This document shows, one piece after another, positions 41,882 through 50,606 of a stretch of 64,000 nt of DNA. Position numbers and translations under genes: made by a program. The stretch spans positions 3,528-67,527 of the forward strand of contig DATFEG010000156.1 of NCBI GenBank assembly GCA_035251445.1, read 5' to 3'. Under the pieces are notes generated by a model. The model searched no databases and was not told the DNA's origin. It was given only the letters and a program-made list of their open reading frames with translations. The first letter of the stretch is position 1, and the number at the start of each line of letters is the position of its first letter. The stretch is from Gemmatimonadales bacterium. Lineage in GTDB: Bacteria > Gemmatimonadota > Gemmatimonadetes > Gemmatimonadales > GWC2-71-9.

Positions 41882-42744
41882 TGGTGGATTCGCCGGTTGC
41901 GGCACTGCGGCGGGAATACGACGCGATCGCGCGTCAGCTCGCGGGCGCGCCGGGCGCGGCCGAGCAGGAAGCGGCCAAGCGTGAGATCATCGCGTATTTC
42001 AAGAAGGTCGATGGCATGCTGGCGGAGCTCTCGCATCTGAAAGAGGACATCCGCCAACTCGTCGATCGCTACAAGCAACTCGCCGCCGACACCAAGCAGG
42101 CCGCGGCGCCGCAGTTCACTGGCGCGCGTCCGGCGGTGCACGCCGATCACATCGGCGCTTCCACGTTCATCGAAAAAGGATGGAGCCTGATCTCGTTGGG
42201 CGATCACGCCGGCGCGATTCAGGCGCTCACGAAGGCGCTGCAGCTGTCCCCGGGCGAGACGCAGGCGGAGAACCTGCTCGGATGGGCGCAGATGCTGAAC
42301 GAGTTATACGACGACGCGCTCCAGACGTTTTCCAAGGTTCTGATGAAGGAGCCCGCGAACTCGCTCGCACGAATCAATGTGGGCTACATCTGTCTGAAGA
42401 AAAAGATTTTTGGTGAAGCTATCGAGCACCTCTCGAAGGCCATCCGGCTCGATAACGACAAGAAAGCAACGCTGTACGCGCACTTCTATCTCGGGCTCGT
42501 GTATCTGCAGCGCGAGATGTACGAAGATGCGCAAGTGTTCTTCGAGAAGACTCTGAAGCTCGGTCCAAACCTGATCGAGGCGTACTACGAGCTGGGGCGA
42601 GCGCACTGGTTCACAGGCGATCAGCGCATGGCCAAGTCCATCTGGGAAGACGGCTTCAAGGCGAACAAGTTCAATCCGTGGGGCAAGAAGTGTCAGGAGA
42701 TGCTCGAGCTTGTCGCCAGGGGCGAGGAGCCGCCGCGAAACTAG
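41878..42744 (+). CDS. TPR-repeat protein (last gene of the che operon)
   Basis: The 288-aa ORF has an N-terminal coiled coil and C-terminal TPRs. Its start overlaps cheW3 by 4 nt. Confidence 0.7.
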   Translation: MMVDSPVAALRREYDAIARQLAGAPGAAEQEAAKREIIAYFKKVDGMLAELSHLKEDIRQLVDRYKQLAADTKQAAAPQFTGARPAVHADHIGASTFIEKGWSLISLGDHAGAIQALTKALQLSPGETQAENLLGWAQMLNELYDDALQTFSKVLMKEPANSLARINVGYICLKKKIFGEAIEHLSKAIRLDNDKKATLYAHFYLGLVYLQREMYEDAQVFFEKTLKLGPNLIEAYYELGRAHWFTGDQRMAKSIWEDGFKANKFNPWGKKCQEMLELVARGEEPPRN

Positions 42745-43613
42745 TCCTCATCGCCCTGCTGTTGCAGGCACCGACGGCCACCGAGGTCGGGCGCGTCACT
42801 GCGGTCGCGTGGCCCGGACAGGAGCGTCTCGCCACCGCCGTTGCCGAAATGGCGGACCACGCCACGGGATTTCCGGGCATCGGCCCATTGCCCGACCGGC
42901 CGATTCGCATCATCCTCGCGCCCACCCGCGAGCTCTATGATTCGCTCACGCGCGGGCGGTTGCCGCTGTGGAGCGAAGGCGCCGCGTTCCCCGAGGCCGG
43001 TACGATCGTCCTACTGTCCGATGGTCCGTCGGTCCAACGCTCCAACGCTCTTCGCCACGAGCTCGCTCACCTGGCGCTGCGGTGGCACGCCGGTCGACGC
43101 GCCCCGCTGTGGTTCGAAGAGGGGTATGCGGCGGTGGCAGCGCGGGAGTGGGATCGGCTCGACGCGCTGCAGCTCAACTGGCAGCTCGCCCGCGGCGTTC
43201 GGATGACGCTCGACGAAGTCGATCGCGCGTTACGTGGCGCCCGCGCGGACGCGCAGACCGGCTACGCACTTGCCGCAACGGCCGTTCTGTTACTCGAGCG
43301 GTGGGGAGGAGAGCGCGGTCTCGAGCCGCTGCTGACGAAGCTGGCGGGGGGCGCCTCGTTCGATGCCGCCCTGCGTGACACTTATCACATCACGGCGAGC
43401 GACTTCGAAGAGCGCTGGCACCGCGACGTCGCATCCCGGTACGGCTGGGTCGCCTGGGCGGGCGCGATGGGCTTCTTCTGGCTCGCTATCGGCGCGATCC
43501 TTGCTGCGCTCGTGGTGCTGCGTCGGCGGCGCCAGCGGGAAAAGCGCGCCGCGCTCGCGGCGCGCGATGCTGAGGAAAGCCAAGTGCTTGACGATCTTGG
43601 GATTAACGAATAG
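42678..43613 (+). CDS. Peptidase-MA-like (HExxH...EG) protein with C-terminal TM anchor
   Basis: The HELAH motif is followed 14 aa later by WFEEGYA, which fits a gluzincin/Peptidase_MA_2-like pattern. It has a C-terminal TM segment and an RRRRQREKR tail. The start is uncertain, because the track start overlaps the TPR gene by 67 nt. Confidence 0.55.
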   Translation: MGQEVSGDARACRQGRGAAAKLVLIALLLQAPTATEVGRVTAVAWPGQERLATAVAEMADHATGFPGIGPLPDRPIRIILAPTRELYDSLTRGRLPLWSEGAAFPEAGTIVLLSDGPSVQRSNALRHELAHLALRWHAGRRAPLWFEEGYAAVAAREWDRLDALQLNWQLARGVRMTLDEVDRALRGARADAQTGYALAATAVLLLERWGGERGLEPLLTKLAGGASFDAALRDTYHITASDFEERWHRDVASRYGWVAWAGAMGFFWLAIGAILAALVVLRRRRQREKRAALAARDAEESQVLDDLGINE

Positions 43614-43618
43614 ACTCC

Positions 43619-43840
43619 GTGCCCTATATGCCTGAGCACGGGTTCGCGCGTTCTCGTCTGCGCTTTGGACCGAGGAACTATGTGGTCTTGGGCGCAGCAA
43701 TAGTGTCACTTGCACTTGGTTACTGGCGGTTGTCGCAGGGATCAACGACGCTCGCGCCGGTGCTGCTCGTACTGGGCTACTGCGTTTTGTTTCCGGTAGG
43801 CTTGGCCCTCCGCTTGCCCGAAAATGGCACGGGCGAATAG
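43619..43840 (+). CDS. Possible small two-TM membrane protein
   Basis: The 73-aa ORF has two hydrophobic segments. Its stop lies inside the 5-prime end of tRNA-Val, and a TTGACG-17-TAGACT promoter-like pair sits just upstream at 43588-43616. Support is weak. Confidence 0.3.
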   Translation: MPYMPEHGFARSRLRFGPRNYVVLGAAIVSLALGYWRLSQGSTTLAPVLLVLGYCVLFPVGLALRLPENGTGE

Positions 43841-43904
43841 CTCAGCGGTTCAGAGCGCCTGCCTTACACGCAGGATGTCGGGGGTTCGAATCCCTCTTCG
43901 CCCA
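43831..43904 (+). tRNA. tRNA-Val (anticodon UAC)
   Basis: I folded a 74-nt cloverleaf by hand. The acceptor is GGGCGAA/TTCGCCC, the anticodon arm is CCTGC-CTTACAC-GCAGG, and the T arm is GGGGG-TTCGAAT-CCCTC. Confidence 0.9.
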
Positions 43905-43938
43905 TTGGTGTAGCAGCCTGTAACGGAGGAAAGAATAG

Positions 43939-45750
43939 GTGAGAGCGTTATACGTGGTGTTGGCGCTGTCCGCGGCGGTTGTCGTACCGGCGACGGCGCA
44001 GCTCGCTGCGCCGCAGGCGCCGAGTCAGAGACTTCTCGTTTTGCCCTTCCAGGCGGCAGCCGCGGACTCGGCCGGCAGCATTGCGTTGGCCGACGCGGTG
44101 CGTGATCGCGTCACGGCTCTAACAAAGAATAAAGTCAGCGTGGTTCCGAAGGCCAAGCTGTGCGAAGCGCTAAAGGCCTCCGGGTTCCCGTGCGACGGGT
44201 TGCTCGAGGATCAGCAGTCGCGGCAGCTGGCGCGGTTTCTTCAGGTGCACTCCTTCGTGACCGGCTCGTACGCGAAGAAAGGCACCACGCTCGAGGCGGA
44301 GGTCCGTCTGAACGACATCGCCAGCTCGGGCATGGCGGGCGCGTTCAGGATGTCTGACGCCAATCCGGGCACGATTGCGGCGCTGGCCGAACTCATTGCG
44401 CAAAAGGTCGCGTCGATCGTGCGGCTCAGCGAGCCGATCCGGAATTGCAACGAGGAGCGCAAGAAGGGGCAGTTCAACCGCGCGCGCAATGAGGCAGGGA
44501 AGGCGTTGGCGGTCGATCCGAATTCCACTGGCGCGTGGCTCTGCATTGCGACGATTCACGAGGCCATGCGCCACCCAGTCGACAGCGTCATCGCGGCATC
44601 GAGGAACGCGCTCAAAGGTGACTCGTGCAGCGGCGTAGCGTGGGAAAACATCGCGCGTGGTTATCAGCAAAAGGGCGACACCGCGCAGATGATTGACGCC
44701 TTCATCTCACAGCTCTGCGCCGAGCCGAACAACATCAGCAAGTACCTGGGGATCGCGCAGCTGCTTCGCCAGCAGAAGAACTTTGACAAGGCTGTCGAGG
44801 TCCTCGACCGAGGTCTCGCGGTGGCGCCGAACGAGCAGCAGCTCACGGACCTGAAGCTCACCATCTGCAATGAAGCAGGTAAATACGCCTGCTCGGCGCA
44901 GGTTTTCTACGCAAAAGCGCAGCACGACACGGTCCTGCTCGCGGACACGATGTTCATCAAGCCGGCCATCGGCGCGGCGCAGCAGGCGTCGGACACGGTA
45001 GCGTTGGACTTCTTCACACGGGAATCGGTAAAGCGCTATCCGAACAATGCCAGTTTCGCACGCACTCGTGCGGCGTCGTATCAAATGCGCGGCAAGCCCG
45101 ACTCGGCGCTCGTCCTGTTGCTGGCCGCACTCAAGCTCGAGCCCAACGACGTCCCGACCAATTTGCAGATCGCGCAAACGATGGTCGACCGCGCGGTATG
45201 GGATACAGCCGCGGCGAACAGGGCGAAAGGCGATACCGCGGCGCAGGCTCGCATGCGCGCAGGTTTTGCGCAGAAGATCGATTCGGTCAAGCCCTATCTG
45301 CGTCCAGGTCTTGCGTCCAGTGATTCCACACAACGGCTTGCCGCCTCGGTGATCATGCTGACCGCCGGCTCCAAGTTGGCACAGGCCCAGGCGTACAGTG
45401 CCGCTTACCCGTGGCTTGATACGCTGCTTCAAGTGACCGCGCCGAGATCGTCGTCGGATACGGTTGGCCCCAAGCAACAGGTCCGTGTGAACGGCAGCTT
45501 CTGGTATGGACTGTCATCGGTGCTGACACTGCAGGGTCCGTACAAACACATGACCGAGGTCAAAGGCGCTGCTCGCTGTCCGACAGCGCGTGATGTCTTC
45601 GATCGGCTGACAAGGACGAAGAATGCACTGATGCTGGGACGTCGGGTGCATCCTCCAACGGCGGACCAGATGCTGGGCTTCGTCGCGCAGTACGAAAAGG
45701 CAAAGCCCCAGGTCCAGAAAGCGTATCAGTGCAAGCCGGCGATAAGTTGA
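43939..45750 (+). CDS. Secreted TPR-like/helical-repeat protein of unknown function
   Basis: The 603-aa ORF has the signal peptide MRALYVVLALSAAVVVPATAQ and helical repeat character. It starts with GTG and is bracketed by two tRNA genes. Confidence 0.6.
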   Translation: MRALYVVLALSAAVVVPATAQLAAPQAPSQRLLVLPFQAAAADSAGSIALADAVRDRVTALTKNKVSVVPKAKLCEALKASGFPCDGLLEDQQSRQLARFLQVHSFVTGSYAKKGTTLEAEVRLNDIASSGMAGAFRMSDANPGTIAALAELIAQKVASIVRLSEPIRNCNEERKKGQFNRARNEAGKALAVDPNSTGAWLCIATIHEAMRHPVDSVIAASRNALKGDSCSGVAWENIARGYQQKGDTAQMIDAFISQLCAEPNNISKYLGIAQLLRQQKNFDKAVEVLDRGLAVAPNEQQLTDLKLTICNEAGKYACSAQVFYAKAQHDTVLLADTMFIKPAIGAAQQASDTVALDFFTRESVKRYPNNASFARTRAASYQMRGKPDSALVLLLAALKLEPNDVPTNLQIAQTMVDRAVWDTAAANRAKGDTAAQARMRAGFAQKIDSVKPYLRPGLASSDSTQRLAASVIMLTAGSKLAQAQAYSAAYPWLDTLLQVTAPRSSSDTVGPKQQVRVNGSFWYGLSSVLTLQGPYKHMTEVKGAARCPTARDVFDRLTRTKNALMLGRRVHPPTADQMLGFVAQYEKAKPQVQKAYQCKPAIS

Positions 45751-45775
45751 AATGATCTGACCCCGCGTCTATATT
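45747..45775 (+). promoter_or_regulatory. Sigma70-like promoter candidate for tRNA-Asp
   Basis: TTGAAA (45747-45752), a 17-nt spacer and TATATT (45770-45775) sit 21 nt upstream of the mature tRNA 5-prime end. Confidence 0.45.
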
Positions 45776-45795
45776 CCGGCGCTCTGTCAGGGCTA

Positions 45796-45869
45796 GGGGC
45801 TGTAGCTCAGCTGGTTAGAGTGCCGGTCTGTCACACCGGAGGTCGCGGGTTCGAGCCCCGTCAGCCCCG
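45796..45869 (+). tRNA. tRNA-Asp (anticodon GUC)
   Basis: I folded a 74-nt cloverleaf by hand. The acceptor is GGGGCTG/CAGCCCC, the anticodon arm is CCGGT-CTGTCAC-ACCGG, the T arm is GCGGG-TTCGAGC-CCCGT, and the discriminator is G. Confidence 0.9.
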
Positions 45870-45896
45870 CTCAGCGTCGGACGATCATCCATGAAG

Positions 45897-45924
45897 CCCC
45901 CGCCCCTTACGGCGGGGGTTTTCT
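45897..45924 (+). terminator. Rho-independent terminator after tRNA-Asp
   Basis: An 8-bp all-GC stem (ccccgcc.. / ..ggcgggg; 45897-45904 pairs with 45911-45918) with a 6-nt loop is followed by ttttctt. Confidence 0.7.
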
Positions 45925-45959
45925 TATGTTTGAGAGTGCCATTGGTGGCTGAACGCGTG

Positions 45960-46883
45960 ATGCCTTTTCATGTCCCGGTCCTGGCGGAGGCGGTCCGCAG
46001 GTGGGCAGCCGCCAGTCGCCGTGCCGTGGACGGCACGCTGGGCGGCGGTGGACACGCCGCCATTCTGCGCGATGTAGGCGCGCGTGTTCTCGGCATCGAT
46101 CGCGATCCCGCCGCTCTCGCCACCGCGCGCGCGCACCTCGGCACCGCGGGAATCGAATACCTCGAAGGCTCGTTTGGCGACCCTGCCGTCCTTACTGCCA
46201 TTCAGTCATTCACCCCCGATCGCATTCTGCTCGACCTCGGTGTCAGCTCACATCAGATCGATTCCGCTGAGCGCGGCTTCACGTTCCGTCCGGGCGCGCC
46301 GCTCGATATGCGGATGGAGGGAGCAGGGAGCAGCGAGCGGGGAGCAGTGACGGCGCGGGACATACTGAACTCCTGGCCTGTCGAACGCCTCGCGACTGTT
46401 TTCCAGGACTACGCCGACGAGCGGCGGGGACGCGCCCTCGCTAAGGAGATCGTGCGGCGCCGTCTGACTGCCCCGTTTGCCGTCAGTGACGACGTCGTCA
46501 ATGCGATCCGAGCCGTGCTGGGCCCGCGGTCCGGCCCGTCCGATTTCGCGCGTCTGTTTCAGGCGCTTCGGATCGCCGTCAACGACGAGCTCGATGTGCT
46601 CGCGACCGCGCTGCCGGCGCTGCGGGATGCCCTCGATCCTGGCGGGCGGATCGGGGTAATCACCTACCACTCGGGCGAGGATCGCATCGTCAAGCACGCG
46701 TTCCGCGAGTGGGCGCGCGACTGCATCTGTCCGCCGCGGCAGCCCGTCTGCACGTGCCGGGGCCATGCGCTCGGACGCGTGCTCACCCGAAAGCCTATCG
46801 TTCCCGACGCGAACGAGATCGCCACCAATCCGCGCGCTCGCTCGGCGCAGTTTCGCGTCTTTGAGGTCGGGAATGGCCGTTAG
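45960..46883 (+). CDS. rsmH: 16S rRNA (cytosine1402-N4)-methyltransferase RsmH (MraW)
   Basis: It has HVPVL, DGTLGGGGH, DLGVSSHQ and YHSGEDR motifs. I chose the ATG at 45960 because the track start at 45891 would read through the tRNA terminator. Confidence 0.92.
   Translation: MPFHVPVLAEAVRRWAAASRRAVDGTLGGGGHAAILRDVGARVLGIDRDPAALATARAHLGTAGIEYLEGSFGDPAVLTAIQSFTPDRILLDLGVSSHQIDSAERGFTFRPGAPLDMRMEGAGSSERGAVTARDILNSWPVERLATVFQDYADERRGRALAKEIVRRRLTAPFAVSDDVVNAIRAVLGPRSGPSDFARLFQALRIAVNDELDVLATALPALRDALDPGGRIGVITYHSGEDRIVKHAFREWARDCICPPRQPVCTCRGHALGRVLTRKPIVPDANEIATNPRARSAQFRVFEVGNGR
46319..46346 (+). repeat. Heptanucleotide tandem array (GGGAGCA x4) inside rsmH
   Basis: The sequence gggagca gggagca gcgagcg gggagca encodes GAGSSERGA, just after the conserved DMRM motif. 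Confidence 0.88.
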
Positions 46884-47187
46884 GGGCCGGCATTGGATCG
46901 CGCTCTGGCTTGTGGCGTTGCTGGCGGCGCTCTGGGCGGTGATCGCCCGGCAGACCGCGGCGTTGAATGCCGCCCGCGCGCTGGCAGACCTGCGGGAGGA
47001 GCGAGGGACACTGGAAGGGCGGCGCGGAGATCTGGAGCGGCGGGTGCGCACCGCGCAGAGCCGCGCGGTCCTCTTGCCGCGCGCTCAACGCCAGGGACTG
47101 CGCTTGCCCGCTGATACGGAGATCATTCTGATCCCGGCCCCGAGAGAAGCTCCACCACCACCACAACATCCGGAGCGGCCCTTCTAA
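46873..47187 (+). CDS. ftsL: FtsL-like small bitopic division protein
   Basis: The 104-aa ORF sits between rsmH and ftsI. It has a single TM (WIALWLVALLAALWAVIA) followed by a coiled coil. The call rests mainly on position and architecture. Confidence 0.6.
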   Translation: MAVRGRHWIALWLVALLAALWAVIARQTAALNAARALADLREERGTLEGRRGDLERRVRTAQSRAVLLPRAQRQGLRLPADTEIILIPAPREAPPPPQHPERPF

Positions 47188-49128
47188 GTGGCGAAACCGC
47201 TGGTCCGGTTGCGTGTCATCGAAGTCGGTCTCGGGCTCGCCCTGCTCGCCCTCGTGTTGCGCGCGGCCCAGGTGCAGCTGATCAAGGGGCCGCGCTACGC
47301 GGCCAGCGCGGCTGCGCAGCGAACCGAACGCGTTGTTCTGGAGGCGCGCCGGGGGACGTTGTACGACCGTCACGGCACAGCGATCGCGCTGACGCAGGAG
47401 ACCTATCATGTCGGGATCGCGCCCAACGAGCTGCGCGACGCAAAGCGTGACATAGCCATGATCGCCCGCCGGCTGCGACTCGCGCCGCGCGAAGTCGACC
47501 GCATCATGCAGCGGCGCTATGCGTGGTTCGCCGGCCCCTTCACGGCCCTGGACGTGCAGCCGCTGCGCGCGATGCGCGGAGTGCATCTCGAGCCCGTCCT
47601 GCGGCGCTTTTACCCGTCGCCCGAATTCGCCCGCGCCATCATCGGACGTTTGGGAGAAGACGCCTCCGCCGGTCTGGAGCGCATGCTCGACACGCTGCTC
47701 GCGGGCAGATCGGGAGCAGCGGTCGTTTTGAAGGATCGGGAAGGGCGCGAATACACATCGCCCGCTCGCGTGATCGCGCAGCCGGTCGCGGGCCACGACG
47801 TCGTCCTCACGCTGGACGCCGGCCTTCAGGAGATCGCGCAGCGAGCACTCGATGATGCCATCGACGCCATGGAAGCCGAAGGCGGCGACGTCGTGATGCT
47901 CGACCCCGCCAGCGGCGAGGTGCTGGCGGTCGCCTCCCGACGCGCCGACGGCAGCATGCGCCCGAGTGCATTCACCGAGACTTTCGAGCCGGGGTCGGTC
48001 GCGAAGATCTTCGCGGCGGCCGCCCTCATTGCGCACGATCGCGTAGGCCCAAGCGAGCGGGTATCGGGCGAGGGTGGGCGGTATCGCCTGCCCGATCGTA
48101 TCGTCACCGACGAGCACCCGTTGCCGTCACTGACCTTGGCGGACGCCATTCGTGTCTCGAGCAACATCGCGCTGGTGAAGTTCTCGGCCCGGCTGCGACC
48201 CGCCGAGCAGTATGACATGCTGCGCGCATTCGGGTTCGGCGCGCCGACCGGCATCGAATTTCCCTCGGAATCACCGGGCCGGCTGCGGCCGCCCCACGAA
48301 TGGTCACGTCCGAGCTCGGCAAGCCTCGCGATCGGATATGAGGTGGCGGTGACCCCCATCCAGCTCGCGGCCGCCTACGGCGCCATCGCCAACAATGGCG
48401 TGCTGCTGCAACCGACGCTGATCCGTGAAGTGCGCTCCCCGAACGGCGCTGTGCGCTTTCGACATGATCCCGAGCCGGTTCGCCGCGTCGTCACATCCGA
48501 GGTCGCGGCGCAGCTGCGGATGCTGCTGCGCGGCGTGGTCGAGACGGGGGGCACGGGGCGGCGCGCGGCTCTCGCGAATTTCCAGCTGGCCGCCAAGACC
48601 GGAACCTCACGTCGTGTCGTCGGTGGGCGGTATGCAGCGGGACAGTACACGGCGTCGTTTGCGGCGCTGTTTCCCGCCGGCGAGCCTCAGCTCGTCGTCG
48701 TCATGAAGATCGACAATCCGAGGAAGGGCAGTTACTTCGCCGCGCAGACCGCCGCACCGGTGACGCGCTCGATGCTGGAGCAGGCGCTCGCCGCGCGCAC
48801 CGTCGCAATCGATCGGGCCCGCCTCGCGAACGTGGCGCCGGCTATGGAGCGCGCCAACGATGCGCTGCGCGAGACGGACGGGGTGGTCCCCTATGTGTTG
48901 CCGTGGCCGTACGTGCCCGACTCCGCGCCGGCGCAGCCGGATCAAGCGGTCCCCGATGTCACGGGCAAATCACTGCGCGATGCCGTCCGCGAGCTGCACC
49001 GGCGCGGTTTTCACGTGGTGATCAAGGGCTGGGGCCTGATTCACCATTCCTGGCCGGCCGCCGGTGACACAGCCCCCGCCGGCGCGACCGTGACGCTGTT
49101 CGCGGAACCACCGCCGATCAACCGATGA
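47188..49128 (+). CDS. ftsI: Division-type class B penicillin-binding protein (FtsI/PBP3) with C-terminal PASTA domain
   Basis: It has a TM anchor, a dimerisation domain and a transpeptidase with SxxK (GSVAK), SSN and KTG(T/S) motifs. The C-terminal sequence VPDVTGKSLRDAVRELHRRGFHVVIKG...GATVTLF matches the PASTA pattern. Confidence 0.92.
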   Translation: MAKPLVRLRVIEVGLGLALLALVLRAAQVQLIKGPRYAASAAAQRTERVVLEARRGTLYDRHGTAIALTQETYHVGIAPNELRDAKRDIAMIARRLRLAPREVDRIMQRRYAWFAGPFTALDVQPLRAMRGVHLEPVLRRFYPSPEFARAIIGRLGEDASAGLERMLDTLLAGRSGAAVVLKDREGREYTSPARVIAQPVAGHDVVLTLDAGLQEIAQRALDDAIDAMEAEGGDVVMLDPASGEVLAVASRRADGSMRPSAFTETFEPGSVAKIFAAAALIAHDRVGPSERVSGEGGRYRLPDRIVTDEHPLPSLTLADAIRVSSNIALVKFSARLRPAEQYDMLRAFGFGAPTGIEFPSESPGRLRPPHEWSRPSSASLAIGYEVAVTPIQLAAAYGAIANNGVLLQPTLIREVRSPNGAVRFRHDPEPVRRVVTSEVAAQLRMLLRGVVETGGTGRRAALANFQLAAKTGTSRRVVGGRYAAGQYTASFAALFPAGEPQLVVVMKIDNPRKGSYFAAQTAAPVTRSMLEQALAARTVAIDRARLANVAPAMERANDALRETDGVVPYVLPWPYVPDSAPAQPDQAVPDVTGKSLRDAVRELHRRGFHVVIKGWGLIHHSWPAAGDTAPAGATVTLFAEPPPINR

Positions 49129-50606
49129 GCGCGTCGCTCCAGCTGATCGTCGGCGCGCTGGCCCGTGCCGGCCTGCTGAGCGAGTCCGCGGATGGCTCAT
49201 CCATGCCGCAGATCACCGGCCTCACCGCGGATGCCCGCCGGTTGCAGCCCGGCATGCTGTTTTGTGCCGTGCATGGCGCGGTGCTGGACGGACACAAGTT
49301 CGTCGCCGACGCCGCGGCGCGCGGCGCCGCCGCCGCGCTCGTAGAGTCGCGGCAACCCGCTTCCATTCCGCAGGTCCTGGTCCGCAACGGCCGGCGCGCC
49401 GCCGCCGTCGCCGCCGAAGCGTGGTATGGGCGGCCGGCCGCACGGCTCCAGCTGATCGGGGTGACGGGCACCAACGGCAAGACGACCTCGGTCATCCTCA
49501 CGCGCCACGTCCTTGGCGCGCGGTGGCCGATGGGCGCCATCGGCACGCTGGGGTGCTTCGATCCCGCGGGGGCCATGGTCGAGAGCGAAGCCGGGAATCT
49601 CACGACGCCCGGCCCGATCGACCTGCAGGCGACACTCGCCGCGCTGCGCGATCGGGGCGCAGCCGGCGTCGCGATGGAAGTCTCCTCGCATAGCCTCGAC
49701 CAGGGTCGGATCGATGGCCTGATCTTTCGCGCGGCGATCTTCACAAATCTCACGCGCGACCATCTCGACTACCACGAAACGTTCGAGGCATACTTCGCGG
49801 CGAAAGCCAAGCTCATCGGATACCTCGCCGATGCAGGACTCGCGGTCATCAACGCCGATGACGCCGCCTGGGCTCGGTTGCCACGCACGCCGCGGCGCAT
49901 CACGTTTGGCGTCGGCGCGAACGGCAAGACGCCGCGACCGGACGTCGGTGCTCGAGACATCCACGTCGATGCCTCCGGCGCCCGCTTTCAGCTCGTCACA
50001 CCCGATGGCACTCATCCCGTCGCGCTGCCGTTGTTGGGACGCTTCAACGTGGCCAACGCGCTCGGCGTGGCTGCGTGCGCCGTCGGGCTCGAGGTGCCGA
50101 CGCCGGTTGTCGCCGAGCGACTGTCCACTGCGCCGCAGGTCCCCGGCCGGATGGAGCGGATCGCCGTTGACCCGTGCGTGGTGCTGCGCGACTACGCGCA
50201 CACGCCCGACGCGCTGGAGCGGGCGCTCGAGACGATTCGGGAGGTCACGCCGGCCGGCGGACGCGTGATCGTCGTGTTCGGCGCCGGCGGGGATCGGGAT
50301 CGGGGCAAACGGGCGCCGATGGGCGAGATCGCGGTGCGTCTTGCCGATGTCGCCCTCGCGACCTCTGACAATCCCCGGACCGAAGACCCGGAGCGCATTC
50401 TCGACGATATCGAAGCGGGCATGACGGGGAAGCCTCATTACCGCATCATCGACCGCCGGGCCGCGATCGGCCAGGCGTTAGACCTCGCGCGCCAGGGCGA
50501 CACCATCCTTCTCGCGGGCAAGGGCCACGAGACTTATCAGATCATCGGGACAGCCAAGGAGCCGTTCGACGAGCGTGAGGTGGTTCGCGCGCTGGGGGCG
50601 AACTGA
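49125..50606 (+). CDS. murE: UDP-N-acetylmuramoyl-L-alanyl-D-glutamate--2,6-diaminopimelate ligase
   Basis: It has GVTGTNGKTT, a Mur ligase central domain and a DNPR motif (TSDNPRTEDP) consistent with mDAP specificity. Confidence 0.93.
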   Translation: MSASLQLIVGALARAGLLSESADGSSMPQITGLTADARRLQPGMLFCAVHGAVLDGHKFVADAAARGAAAALVESRQPASIPQVLVRNGRRAAAVAAEAWYGRPAARLQLIGVTGTNGKTTSVILTRHVLGARWPMGAIGTLGCFDPAGAMVESEAGNLTTPGPIDLQATLAALRDRGAAGVAMEVSSHSLDQGRIDGLIFRAAIFTNLTRDHLDYHETFEAYFAAKAKLIGYLADAGLAVINADDAAWARLPRTPRRITFGVGANGKTPRPDVGARDIHVDASGARFQLVTPDGTHPVALPLLGRFNVANALGVAACAVGLEVPTPVVAERLSTAPQVPGRMERIAVDPCVVLRDYAHTPDALERALETIREVTPAGGRVIVVFGAGGDRDRGKRAPMGEIAVRLADVALATSDNPRTEDPERILDDIEAGMTGKPHYRIIDRRAAIGQALDLARQGDTILLAGKGHETYQIIGTAKEPFDEREVVRALGAN

